Below the pieces are notes generated by a model. That model ran no database searches, was not told the origin of the DNA, and worked only from the letters and a program-made list of their open reading frames with translations. From the IMG/VR virus record IMGVR_UViG_3300005099_000065, positions 15,662-79,661 of that record: DNA of 64,000 nt. One strand, written 5' to 3'. This DNA comes from a virus. Positions 45,690-54,443 of the stretch are shown one piece after another. Within the stretch, counting starts at the first letter, position 1, and each line of letters begins with the position of its first letter. Position numbers and translations under genes: made by a program.

Positions 45690-46632
45690 CGAGGAAGTTT
45701 TGTATTTGAAGTACAGACCCAAGGATTTCGATGAGTTTGTGGGAAATGAATCCACTGTAGAGTCTTTGAGGTCTGTGTTGGAAAGAGGAAATCCTCCTCA
45801 TGCTTTTTTGTTTTACGGTCCCACAGGTTGCGGGAAAACCACTCTGGCTAGGATTGTGAAAAAATATTTGGATTGTGGTGATCGAGATTTTCATGAGTAC
45901 AACGTGGCAAATGTAAGAGGTATTGACACTATTAGGGAGATTTTGAACCAAATGTGGTATGCGCCTGTCGGTGGTCGTTCTAAGATATATTTGTTAGATG
46001 AATGCCATGCTTTGACCCGTGATGCTCAAAATGCTTTATTGAAGGCATTGGAAGACACTCCAAGCCATGTGTATTTTATTTTGTGCACGACAGAACCACA
46101 AAGACTTCTTCAGACCATTCGCAATCGTTGTACTCCATTTGAGGTTTCAAGGTTAGCTCGTCCTAAGATGTTGAGGCTTTTGAAAAGAGTGTCAGAAGCT
46201 GAGGGTTTGAATTTGGATAGCCGATTTTTGGGTCAAATAGCCACAATGAGTGAGGGATCTCCTCGAGCTGCTTTGGTGTTGTTGGATGGAGTGAAAGATT
46301 TACAAGATGAAAATGATATCGAGAAGTTTTTGCAATCTCAAGTTCCAGATGAGATGAAGTTTCAAGACCTCGTTCGTGTGTTGTTGGATTATCGTTTGTC
46401 TTCCCCAGCTAGATGGAAGGAAGTGAGTCGTTTTCTCTCTACCACTCGTGAGGATCCTGAGAAACTGAGAAGAGCTTTGATGCATTATCTGGCTAAGGTG
46501 TTGTTGAACCAACCCAATGTTCAATTGGCTAGATTGTTGGAATGTTTGATGAATGGGGATGTGAGGGATGCTGGATGGCCAGGATTGGTGTATTGTTTGT
46601 TTGTGGGAAATTTTTTTGCTCCACAAAAATAG
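45670..46632 (+). CDS. dnaX: clamp loader AAA+ subunit (DnaX/RFC-like)
   Basis: KYRPKDFDEFVGN, GPTGCGKTT, LLDECH, NALLKALE and RNRC. Confidence 0.9.
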   Translation: MKNNQFNEEVLYLKYRPKDFDEFVGNESTVESLRSVLERGNPPHAFLFYGPTGCGKTTLARIVKKYLDCGDRDFHEYNVANVRGIDTIREILNQMWYAPVGGRSKIYLLDECHALTRDAQNALLKALEDTPSHVYFILCTTEPQRLLQTIRNRCTPFEVSRLARPKMLRLLKRVSEAEGLNLDSRFLGQIATMSEGSPRAALVLLDGVKDLQDENDIEKFLQSQVPDEMKFQDLVRVLLDYRLSSPARWKEVSRFLSTTREDPEKLRRALMHYLAKVLLNQPNVQLARLLECLMNGDVRDAGWPGLVYCLFVGNFFAPQK

Positions 46633-46657
46633 CGCTATAATATAACAGGAGGGTAAA

Positions 46658-47164
46658 ATGGATTTGAAGAAAAAAGCTGAGGAGCATTTGAGGGTAGATC
46701 CTTTTAGCTTGGTGGAGGATTGGGAACAACAGCCACATTTGTTCATGTTTTGGAGTGAAAAGTGGGTGGATGCTGTGTTGGAGAGAGAAAACATTAAGCA
46801 ACGGCTGGAGGTGTTGAGGGCTAGATTGGATTTGGACATACGCCAAAACCCCGAGTCGTACGGAATTTCCAAAATCACAGAAAGTGTGGTTGATTCTGTA
46901 ATTAAGCGACATCCCAAGTATCAACAACTGTTGGCTGAATACAATCGTTCATGTTCAGAAGTGAATTTTTTGAGCTCAGTTAGAGAAGCATTGAATCATA
47001 AGCGTAAGGCTTTGGAAAGCCTGACTCAACTTTGGGTCACGGGTTATTATCATCATCCTAGCGCATCCAGAGCCTCAAAAGAAGAAGACGCTATACGCAA
47101 AAAGCATTTGGAAGAATTGAATTCAACTATGAAGAGAATTTTGAAAAAGGAAGGATTGAAATGA
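46658..47164 (+). CDS. UvsY-like recombination mediator (helical)
   Basis: All-helical, KITES.V...I...Y and EAL.HKRKAL; located next to the SSB and RecA genes. Confidence 0.5.
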   Translation: MDLKKKAEEHLRVDPFSLVEDWEQQPHLFMFWSEKWVDAVLERENIKQRLEVLRARLDLDIRQNPESYGISKITESVVDSVIKRHPKYQQLLAEYNRSCSEVNFLSSVREALNHKRKALESLTQLWVTGYYHHPSASRASKEEDAIRKKHLEELNSTMKRILKKEGLK

Positions 47165-47278
47165 AGCTGTGGGAATTTGTGCTTTGGGGTGCTGTGATAT
47201 TGTTTTTCGGTTATTTGGCTTGCAGATTGTGGAGCTTTGCTGTGTTTCGCAGCTATTTTCAAGTAAGGAGGGAAAGAG

Positions 47279-48316
47279 ATGAGAGGAAAGATTGACATTA
47301 GGAAAATTGATTTGGAGAAAATGAAAGCAGATTTGCTGAAAAGAACAAAGCTCAGCTATGAAACTAGAGATTTGGGTTCAACCTTCAAAAGTTATTTCAA
47401 AAGTGGATTAGATATACCATTTTGGGATTGCAAAGAGGGGGAACATTTGATTGATATTATCCCTTACATGGCAGGTCCTAACAACCCTCACAGTGAGCCA
47501 GGGACCTTTACTTATTTGTTGGATATTTGGGTACACTACAATGTGGGAGTGAATGAGGATCAGTACATTTGTTTGGCTAAAACTTACGGCAAGCCCTGTC
47601 CTGTGTGCGAGTATTTGAGCAGGATGAGGAGATCTCCTGAATTTGATTCTGAAGAGTTTTCCAGTTTGAAAGCTAGAAGAAGAGTTATCTACAATATTGT
47701 TTGTTATGACGACCCTAGAGAACAATCCAAGGGCGTTCAGGTTTGGGAGGTGGCTCATTATTTCATGGAGCGTCATTTGTCTGAATTGAGCAAAACTCCT
47801 AAGGGAGAACACATTCCATTTTCAAATGTTGGTCTGGAGGGCAAATCAATTTATTTTCGCAAAAAGGGTAGAGGCGCTGGAAACGTGGAATTTGTGGGTC
47901 ATCGGTTTGTGGACAGAGAAGAGCCAGTGGAATTGGAATTGTTGGAGCAGGTTTATTGTTTGGACGAATTGATTTACATCCCCACATATGAGGAGGTTGA
48001 AGAAGCTTTGTATGGGTCGAGGAAAAAGGTTGAAAGAGATAAAGAGAAGTTTGAGGAAACAGAAAGGAAGCATTATGAGTATGAAGCAGAATCCGAGGTC
48101 GAACCAGAGCCAGAAGAATTGGAACCAGAAGAGCCAGAGCCAGAGCCAAAACCAAGGCCGAGGTTGGCGTCGAGGAGATCCAAGAGAATAGAATGTCCAG
48201 CTGGAGGTAAGTTTGGAATTGATTTTGAGGAGTTTGATGAGTGTGAATCTTGTGATTTTTATGCAGAGTGTGAAGAAGAGTGGAGGCAAAGGAGGAGGGC
48301 AAGAAGGCAAAAATGA
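47279..48316 (+). CDS. phage single-stranded DNA-binding protein (gp32-like) with acidic tail and C-terminal Cys motif
   Basis: HYNVG...YICLAKTYGKPCPVCE, RVIYNIV, GVQVWE; E/P-rich linker. Confidence 0.7.
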   Translation: MRGKIDIRKIDLEKMKADLLKRTKLSYETRDLGSTFKSYFKSGLDIPFWDCKEGEHLIDIIPYMAGPNNPHSEPGTFTYLLDIWVHYNVGVNEDQYICLAKTYGKPCPVCEYLSRMRRSPEFDSEEFSSLKARRRVIYNIVCYDDPREQSKGVQVWEVAHYFMERHLSELSKTPKGEHIPFSNVGLEGKSIYFRKKGRGAGNVEFVGHRFVDREEPVELELLEQVYCLDELIYIPTYEEVEEALYGSRKKVERDKEKFEETERKHYEYEAESEVEPEPEELEPEEPEPEPKPRPRLASRRSKRIECPAGGKFGIDFEEFDECESCDFYAECEEEWRQRRRARRQK

Positions 48317-49284
48317 AAGCACCTTTGTTGAACAAGAAAGCATTTGATTTTTCATTTACAGTCTCCACTGGTAGTACTTTGTTGGATTTGGCTATCAGTG
48401 GAGGTCGTTGTGAACAAGGCGGTTTGTGTCGGGGTATAATGGTGGAAGTATTCGGTCCTCCCAGCACAGGCAAAACAGCCATACTGGCGGAAGTATGTGC
48501 CAGTGCTCAATCTAAGGGAGGAGATGTGTTGTTTTTGGATCCTGAGGGAAGGTTGGACAGAGAATACAGCAAAATTTATGGGATGAAGATCGATGAAAGC
48601 AATTATTATTGTCCAGACACGGTGGAAGAGCTTTTTCAAATCATACAGGATTGGAAGCCCAAGTCTGAATTGGCTGTATTGGCTTGTGATTCTTTGGCTG
48701 CTTTGAGTACTCAGATGGAGATGCAAGACAGAGACAAAATGGGAATGAGAAGGGCTAAGGAGTTTTCAGAAGGCTTGAGAAAAGTGTGTCGTTTAATTGC
48801 TCGCAATGGTTGGATTTTGATGTGTTCCAACCAAATCAGAGAAGGGGAATTTGGAGAATTTGTTCCTGGAGGCAAAGCCATTTCATTTTATTCTTCATTG
48901 AGGATTCGTTTGAGTTTAGAGGAGAAAATTGTTCGCAAAGTTGTTTTGCCTTCCAAAGCCAAGGCTCGAAAAGTCATTGGAATCAGGACTCATTGCCAAG
49001 TGAAAAAGAATTCATTGGACGATCCTTTCAGAGAAGCAGACATTTTTGTGATATTTGGATATGGGATTGATGACATTCGGGGTAATTTGATGTATGTGAA
49101 GAAAATGAAGGGTCTTGCTCCAAATATGTATGAAGTAGGTGATGAAAAATTTATAGGAATTGAGCAGGCTATTCGATATGTGGAGAAAAACAATTTGGAG
49201 GATGAATTGAAAAAAGAAGTCATTTCTTTGTGGAGAGAGGCAGAGTCTAAGTTTCGTTACGAGCGTAAGCCTAAAAAAAGATGA
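48313..49284 (+). CDS. recA: RecA/UvsX recombinase
   Basis: VEVFGPPSTGKT, FLDPEG, DSLAAL, NQIR, PGGKAISFYSSLRI and KNSL..PFR. Confidence 0.92.
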   Translation: MKAPLLNKKAFDFSFTVSTGSTLLDLAISGGRCEQGGLCRGIMVEVFGPPSTGKTAILAEVCASAQSKGGDVLFLDPEGRLDREYSKIYGMKIDESNYYCPDTVEELFQIIQDWKPKSELAVLACDSLAALSTQMEMQDRDKMGMRRAKEFSEGLRKVCRLIARNGWILMCSNQIREGEFGEFVPGGKAISFYSSLRIRLSLEEKIVRKVVLPSKAKARKVIGIRTHCQVKKNSLDDPFREADIFVIFGYGIDDIRGNLMYVKKMKGLAPNMYEVGDEKFIGIEQAIRYVEKNNLEDELKKEVISLWREAESKFRYERKPKKR

Positions 49285-49294
49285 TTGAAAAAAG

Positions 49295-50389
49295 ATGATT
49301 GAAAGAATTGAAATACAAAATTTTCAGTCTCACAAGAGAACAATTTTGGAATTAACTCCTGGATTGAATGTGGTAATAGGTCCCAGCGATTCAGGCAAAA
49401 GTGCCATTATTCGGGCTTTGAGATGGTTGTTTGAAAATCGACCTTTGGGATGGAATTTCAAATCCTCATTTGCTGGGAAAAATGAGCCCACTGTGGTGAA
49501 GGTGAAATTTGACGATGGAAATGTTGTGACCAGATTTCGTTCACAAGACCACAATTGTTATCGTGTGAATCGTCGGACGTTGTCTGCCATCAAGTCAAAA
49601 GTGCCAGATGAAGTGAGCCAGGTTTGTGGTATTCCTGATTTTGCAATTCAATCTCAATTTGATCGTTGCTTTTTGCTTCAGGATTATCCATCAGAGGTGG
49701 CTCGTCAATTGAACCAAGTGACTAATTTGGAAGTTATCGATCAGTTGTATCATGAGATGCAGGTGGAAATGAACAGCTTGCGTCAGGAAATCAATCGTTT
49801 GCAATCCCAAGAATCTGAATTGAAATATGAACAACAAAAATTGAGCTTTGTGCCTCAATATCGCAAATTGTTAGCTAGGTTAGAAAAGCTGGTTGTGGAA
49901 TATGAAAACTTAGATGCTCAGATAGAGAAAACATGGGAGATTTTGGACAATGTGGAAAAGCTGAAGAGGATTTTGATTAGGTTGCAGAGAAAGCTGAAAG
50001 TAGAAAATTTTGAGAGACTTTGCACTAAGGCTAAATTATGTAGTGTGTTGAAGGAAAAATTGTATAGTGCGAAGGAGATTTTGAATTCAATAGGAAAAAC
50101 AAAAAATCAGATTCGCGAAGTAGAATCCAAAACAAATTTGGAAAGTTTTTGCGAGAGGATTCAATCTTTGTGTGAAACAAGTTATGAACTGAAATCGAGA
50201 ATTAAAGAAACGTCTTCATTGTTGTTGCATATGGATACGATTTCTTATCAATTGGAACAAAAGCAGATGGAACTGGAATTGAAAGTGAAGGAGCTTTCGG
50301 ATATGATATTGGAAGCTGGTGTTTGTCCTGTATGTGGTAACAAAGTGAGTGAGGATAAGCTTTATCAACATTTGAGGAGATATCTGTGA
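49295..50389 (+). CDS. sbcC: SbcC/Rad50 N-terminal half
   Basis: IEIQNFQSH, GPSDSGKS Walker A, Q-loop IQSQFD, coiled coil and terminal CPVCG zinc hook. Confidence 0.85.
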   Translation: MIERIEIQNFQSHKRTILELTPGLNVVIGPSDSGKSAIIRALRWLFENRPLGWNFKSSFAGKNEPTVVKVKFDDGNVVTRFRSQDHNCYRVNRRTLSAIKSKVPDEVSQVCGIPDFAIQSQFDRCFLLQDYPSEVARQLNQVTNLEVIDQLYHEMQVEMNSLRQEINRLQSQESELKYEQQKLSFVPQYRKLLARLEKLVVEYENLDAQIEKTWEILDNVEKLKRILIRLQRKLKVENFERLCTKAKLCSVLKEKLYSAKEILNSIGKTKNQIREVESKTNLESFCERIQSLCETSYELKSRIKETSSLLLHMDTISYQLEQKQMELELKVKELSDMILEAGVCPVCGNKVSEDKLYQHLRRYL

Positions 50390-51393
50390 GATTTTTGTGT
50401 GTGGGTGATTTGCATTTGAGAGCAAGCCCAACCAAATACAGGATGGAAGATGTTGAGGCATTTTATGAAGTACAAAGATCAAAATTGCATTGGATAATAG
50501 ACCAGGCATTGGAGTACGGTTGTCATGCTATTATCCAAGCTGGGGATTTTTTTGATTCTCCTAATGTTCCCTATTCGGTCTTGAATATGGCTATGAGCGA
50601 GCTGAAAAGATTTCAAGAACACGGACCCGTCTTGGTTGTGTATGGTCAGCACGATTTGAGATATCATTCTGCATCTCATCTTTATAACACTCCTCTAATG
50701 TCTCTGAAAGAATCAGGTTTGGTGTTTTTGGCAGGGAAAAAGCCTTATGTTCTCGCTTCATCAAAATCAGACGAAGTTGTGTTCATATATGGGGCTGGAT
50801 GGGGAGATCCTATTCCCAGACCTTTGGATGAGAGCAAGGCTTCGGGTGTTTTGAAAAGAAAGACTTTGAATGTTTTGATTGTGCATCGATTGATAAGTGA
50901 TCAACCATTGTTTCCAGGTCACAAATATTGTTCATCTGTTTTGTTTTTGAGAAAGGCAAAGGGTTTTGATTTGATAGTCAGCGGAGACAACCATCAGTTT
51001 TTTATTCGTCGGCTTCGAAGCGAAAACAGAGTTTTGGTTAATTGCGGGAGTGTTTTGCGCTTGACTGTGGAGCAGAGGGATTTTCAACCTAAGGTGGTAT
51101 TGGTGGATGTGGGAGAGGAAGGAGTGAAGATAGAGAAAATTTTGTCTATTCCAATTCATAAGGAAGTTTTTGATTTGCAGCGTTTGGAAAGAGAAAGACA
51201 GATTGAATTGAATAAAGCTTTGGGGGAATTTATCAGTCAGCTTCAAAACCGAATGGAGGTGAAATTAGATTTTGTGAGCAATTTGAACCAATGTCTCAAG
51301 AGGATCAAATTAGATCCGATTGCAAAACAAGTTTTGTGTTATTTGGCATCTAGATGCGAAATTGATTTGGAGGTTTGTCGTGATGAATCTTGA
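50386..51393 (+). CDS. sbcD: SbcD/Mre11 metallophosphoesterase nuclease
   Basis: GDLH, GDFFD, YGQHD, VHR, SGDNH and NCGS. Confidence 0.92.
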   Translation: MRFLCVGDLHLRASPTKYRMEDVEAFYEVQRSKLHWIIDQALEYGCHAIIQAGDFFDSPNVPYSVLNMAMSELKRFQEHGPVLVVYGQHDLRYHSASHLYNTPLMSLKESGLVFLAGKKPYVLASSKSDEVVFIYGAGWGDPIPRPLDESKASGVLKRKTLNVLIVHRLISDQPLFPGHKYCSSVLFLRKAKGFDLIVSGDNHQFFIRRLRSENRVLVNCGSVLRLTVEQRDFQPKVVLVDVGEEGVKIEKILSIPIHKEVFDLQRLERERQIELNKALGEFISQLQNRMEVKLDFVSNLNQCLKRIKLDPIAKQVLCYLASRCEIDLEVCRDES

Positions 51394-51628
51394 TGAGGTG
51401 ATGGAAAAATTGGAAAGGATAAGAGATGAGATTGAAGAAACGAAAAGGAGAAAATCAGAGTTGCAGGGAAGGCTGGAAGAGTTGAGGAAACAATTGAAGA
51501 AATTGGGTTTTGATGATGAAGAGCAAGCACGCCAGGCTTTGCCCGAAATGGAAAAAAAATTGAAGCAATTGGAAGAGCAAATAGCAAAGGAGTTGCAAGA
51601 ATTGGAGAAGCAATATTATGGGCGATGA
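51383..51628 (+). CDS. coiled-coil protein (probable middle fragment of SbcC)
   Basis: GGAGGT SD; heptad-rich; lies between SbcD and the SbcC C-terminal half. Confidence 0.6.
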   Translation: MNLDEVMEKLERIRDEIEETKRRKSELQGRLEELRKQLKKLGFDDEEQARQALPEMEKKLKQLEEQIAKELQELEKQYYGR

Positions 51629-52238
51629 GTTTCGTCAAAGATTGGAAGTTTTGAAAAGACATTGCTTGGAATTGGAGGCTAAGCTCAAACTCTTATCCAA
51701 ACAACTAGAGGAGATTCAAGAACACAAGCATTGCGCTGAAGAAAGATTGGAAGCTTTGGTGAGACTTCGGGGGATAATTCAAAGGGCAGTGGACATGACT
51801 CAAAGCCAAATCAAGAATCGTATATCTACTTTGGTTACCAAAGCCCTTTCTATTGTGTTTCCAGATCCTTACCAATTCGAAGTGGATTTTGTTTCCAGGA
51901 GGGGGAAGGTTGAATGTGATTTATGGTTTGTGAGAGATGGAGAAAGGATAGCACCAGTGGAAGCTAGTGGAGGAGGACCTGTGGATGTGGCTTCATTTGG
52001 TTTGAGATTGGCTTTTTGGACTTTGGTGAGAGCTAGACCTGTTTTGATTTTGGATGAAACTTTTCGTTTTGTTTCTGCTGATTTGCAACCCAAGTGTAGC
52101 GAGATGTTGAAAACGTTGAGCCAAAAGCTGGGAATCCAAATTTTGATAGTAAGTCATTCATCTCATATAGCTGATTTTGCTGACAAAGTTTTTGTCGTGC
52201 AAAAAGTGGGGAATGTGTCTAAAGTGACTCAAAAATGA
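51618..52238 (+). CDS. sbcC: SbcC/Rad50 C-terminal half
   Basis: ASGGG signature, LILDE Walker B and VSH H-loop. Confidence 0.85.
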   Translation: MGDEFRQRLEVLKRHCLELEAKLKLLSKQLEEIQEHKHCAEERLEALVRLRGIIQRAVDMTQSQIKNRISTLVTKALSIVFPDPYQFEVDFVSRRGKVECDLWFVRDGERIAPVEASGGGPVDVASFGLRLAFWTLVRARPVLILDETFRFVSADLQPKCSEMLKTLSQKLGIQILIVSHSSHIADFADKVFVVQKVGNVSKVTQK

Positions 52239-52248
52239 TGGAAATTTT

Positions 52249-52277
52249 TTCATTGTTTTCAAAAATCAAGTTATAAT
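52249..52277 (+). promoter_or_regulatory. promoter TTCATT-N17-TATAAT
   Basis: Read directly; upstream of the lysozyme gene. Confidence 0.55.
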
Positions 52278-52296
52278 AAAAACAGAGGGGGAAGGG

Positions 52297-52836
52297 ATGA
52301 AACAAATGAATCATTATTTTGAGAAGTCTTTGGAATTTGTATTCAAGTGGGAAGGTGAAATTAGTGATAATCCTGATGACCCTGGCGGGCTTACTGTTTT
52401 TGGATTAAGCTCTAGATATTTTCCAGTGGAACAGTGGGTCAAAGCGGGCTTGAGCAAAGAGGAAATGAAAAGAAAGGCTAAAGAGATTTATTACGAGAAT
52501 TTTTGGACAAAGTGCGGGGAAGGGTTGAATTTTCCTTTATGTTTGTTTGTGTTTGACACTGCTGTTCAATTTTCGTGTCACAAGGCAGCCAAACTGTTAC
52601 AGACTGTGATAAATGAAATTTTTGATCGCCTGGTTGGATATGAACAAATTAAAGTTGACGGCATAATCGGACCCAAAACAAAGGAAGCGGCTGCTCGTTG
52701 TTTCATTGATGCCTATTACACATTGCATTACAAGTATTTGATTAAACGCATTCAGAAATATCTTGAGTTGTCTCATTTCAAACATTTTGGTAGAGGTTGG
52801 ATAAGAAGAGTGATTGATTTATCAAATTACATTTAA
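52297..52836 (+). CDS. glycoside hydrolase family 108 lysozyme (endolysin)
   Basis: WEG...NPDDPGGLTVFG, FDTAV, KVDGIIGPKT and FGRGWIRRV. Confidence 0.9.
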   Translation: MKQMNHYFEKSLEFVFKWEGEISDNPDDPGGLTVFGLSSRYFPVEQWVKAGLSKEEMKRKAKEIYYENFWTKCGEGLNFPLCLFVFDTAVQFSCHKAAKLLQTVINEIFDRLVGYEQIKVDGIIGPKTKEAAARCFIDAYYTLHYKYLIKRIQKYLELSHFKHFGRGWIRRVIDLSNYI

Positions 52837-52838
52837 GA

Positions 52839-53411
52839 GTGGTTATGGATTATTGGAATGTGGAAAGAATTGAGAATTGGGAATTTGTCGGTTTGATATC
52901 TAGGGAAACCAGTGCTATTTGTTTTGAAATTCAAATCCTCGACCAAGTTTTTGTTATTCCTGTTGGATATGAAGATTGGGCAAGAGCAGTTGGAAAGAAA
53001 GCTAAACTACGTTTGGTTCCTAGACAATATGAGAATTATGAAGTGCTTGTTTTTGAGAATTCGAAGGTGCGTCGGGTGTGGTTGGATCCAGTGGAGTTGT
53101 ATTCTCGAGTGGTTGTTTCTAAAAAAGAGTATGAATTGGCTCACGACAAGATTGAGAAAGGTTTGGTTGATTCTGTTTTTCAGTTTGCAAAAAAGGAAGG
53201 ATGGATAGACAACACAATTCGTCTGACTCAAGGAGAAATACCAGTCAAATGCTTGATCATAAATGTGGAGCGTCTGATTCCGATGAAGGTGTATATTTAT
53301 TTATACAAGAACAAAGAAGTCAAAGTCGAGGAGTCTCCATTGTATAAAATGACTTGCAGATTTGAAGGTTTTTTGTATAAAAATCCAAATAGGGAGGTGG
53401 TGTTAAAATGA
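52839..53411 (+). CDS. hypothetical protein
   Basis: 190-aa ORF packed between neighbouring genes. Confidence 0.6.
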   Translation: MVMDYWNVERIENWEFVGLISRETSAICFEIQILDQVFVIPVGYEDWARAVGKKAKLRLVPRQYENYEVLVFENSKVRRVWLDPVELYSRVVVSKKEYELAHDKIEKGLVDSVFQFAKKEGWIDNTIRLTQGEIPVKCLIINVERLIPMKVYIYLYKNKEVKVEESPLYKMTCRFEGFLYKNPNREVVLK

Positions 53412-53845
53412 AAAAGGGTTTTATTTTGTTTTTGATGATTTTGTTCGTGAGTTTTTCGGCAATGGCTGAAATGCAGTTTCATGATTATTATGGGAAATAT
53501 GTGGATGTGATTTATGTGAAGAAGCTTCCTGGTGAGTCTAGCCGATTGGTGTCTTTGCAATTCGCTCGTCGCAACGTTAATGCGATGAGTATGGACAAAA
53601 TTTATTGCGTTATCATTACAGATTTGAGCGGTCGCAATTATGACCCTCAAGCTTTGTATTGTTATCAAAAGTTGCCTAGTGGGCACGTGGCTGGTGTGGA
53701 GGCATTGAGGTCAATTCATGCCGACATTATTGTTTTGGGAAGTGGCTATACAAGAGGCTGGGATTTGGATAGGGAAAGGAAAGTTTATTATTTCATTATG
53801 AGATCTGTGCTCAACAATACAGCAGACATAATACCAGTGAGGTAG
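53408..53845 (+). CDS. secreted hypothetical protein
   Basis: Signal peptide MKKGFILFLMILFVSFSAMA; GGAGGT SD. Confidence 0.65.
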   Translation: MKKGFILFLMILFVSFSAMAEMQFHDYYGKYVDVIYVKKLPGESSRLVSLQFARRNVNAMSMDKIYCVIITDLSGRNYDPQALYCYQKLPSGHVAGVEALRSIHADIIVLGSGYTRGWDLDRERKVYYFIMRSVLNNTADIIPVR

Positions 53846-53850
53846 CAAAG

Positions 53851-54294
53851 ATGAGAGTAACTGGAGAAGCCTTGGAAAGATTGAAGAGACAATTTAAAAG
53901 GAGAAAGCCAATATTGATTCATAAGCTCAACAATCATCGTTGTATCTTGTGTGGAGCTGAGGCTAATAGTTATCACCACCTGATTCCATTATCATATTCG
54001 GCTGCTTATTTGGAAGGAGTGAATTCCAGTTGCAATTTGGTTCCTTGTTGTTTGGGTCCCGAACGCTGGTGTCATTTCAGATTGAATGGCGTTAGCTATT
54101 GTTTTTTGAGCGTGAATAGGAATTTGTATGGTAAATTGCCTTTGAGAGTGTTGGCTGGTTTGATTAGGCAGTGGATTGAATTGTATCGTGATGAGTTGAG
54201 AAAAAAGAGAGCAGCTGAGCTCAAGCCTTATATGAAAGTGAAGAAATTAATTTTATGTGGAAATGAAATTTTGGCTCGATTTGAAAGGAGGTGA
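53851..54294 (+). CDS. HNH endonuclease
   Basis: CILCG...YHHLIP...NSSCNLVPCC...CH. Confidence 0.75.
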   Translation: MRVTGEALERLKRQFKRRKPILIHKLNNHRCILCGAEANSYHHLIPLSYSAAYLEGVNSSCNLVPCCLGPERWCHFRLNGVSYCFLSVNRNLYGKLPLRVLAGLIRQWIELYRDELRKKRAAELKPYMKVKKLILCGNEILARFERR

Positions 54295-54299
54295 AAATC

Positions 54300-54431
54300 A
54301 TGGCAAAAAAAGGATGTCCTGGGTCAAAGATTAGAAGTGGAGGCAAGGGCAGAGGCTTGGGTCGAGGTCAAGGCAAAGGACCTATGGGCGTGCCCATAGG
54401 TCAAAGCAAAACAACAAAAACTAAAAAATAA
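54300..54431 (+). CDS. small basic Gly-rich protein (43 aa)
   Basis: Strong SD GGAGGTGA. MAKKGCPGSKIRSGGKGRGLGRGQGKGPMGVPIG...; stop abuts the cytochrome's SD. Below the ORF-track length cut-off. Confidence 0.6.
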   Translation: MAKKGCPGSKIRSGGKGRGLGRGQGKGPMGVPIGQSKTTKTKK

Positions 54432-54443
54432 GGAGGTGATAAG

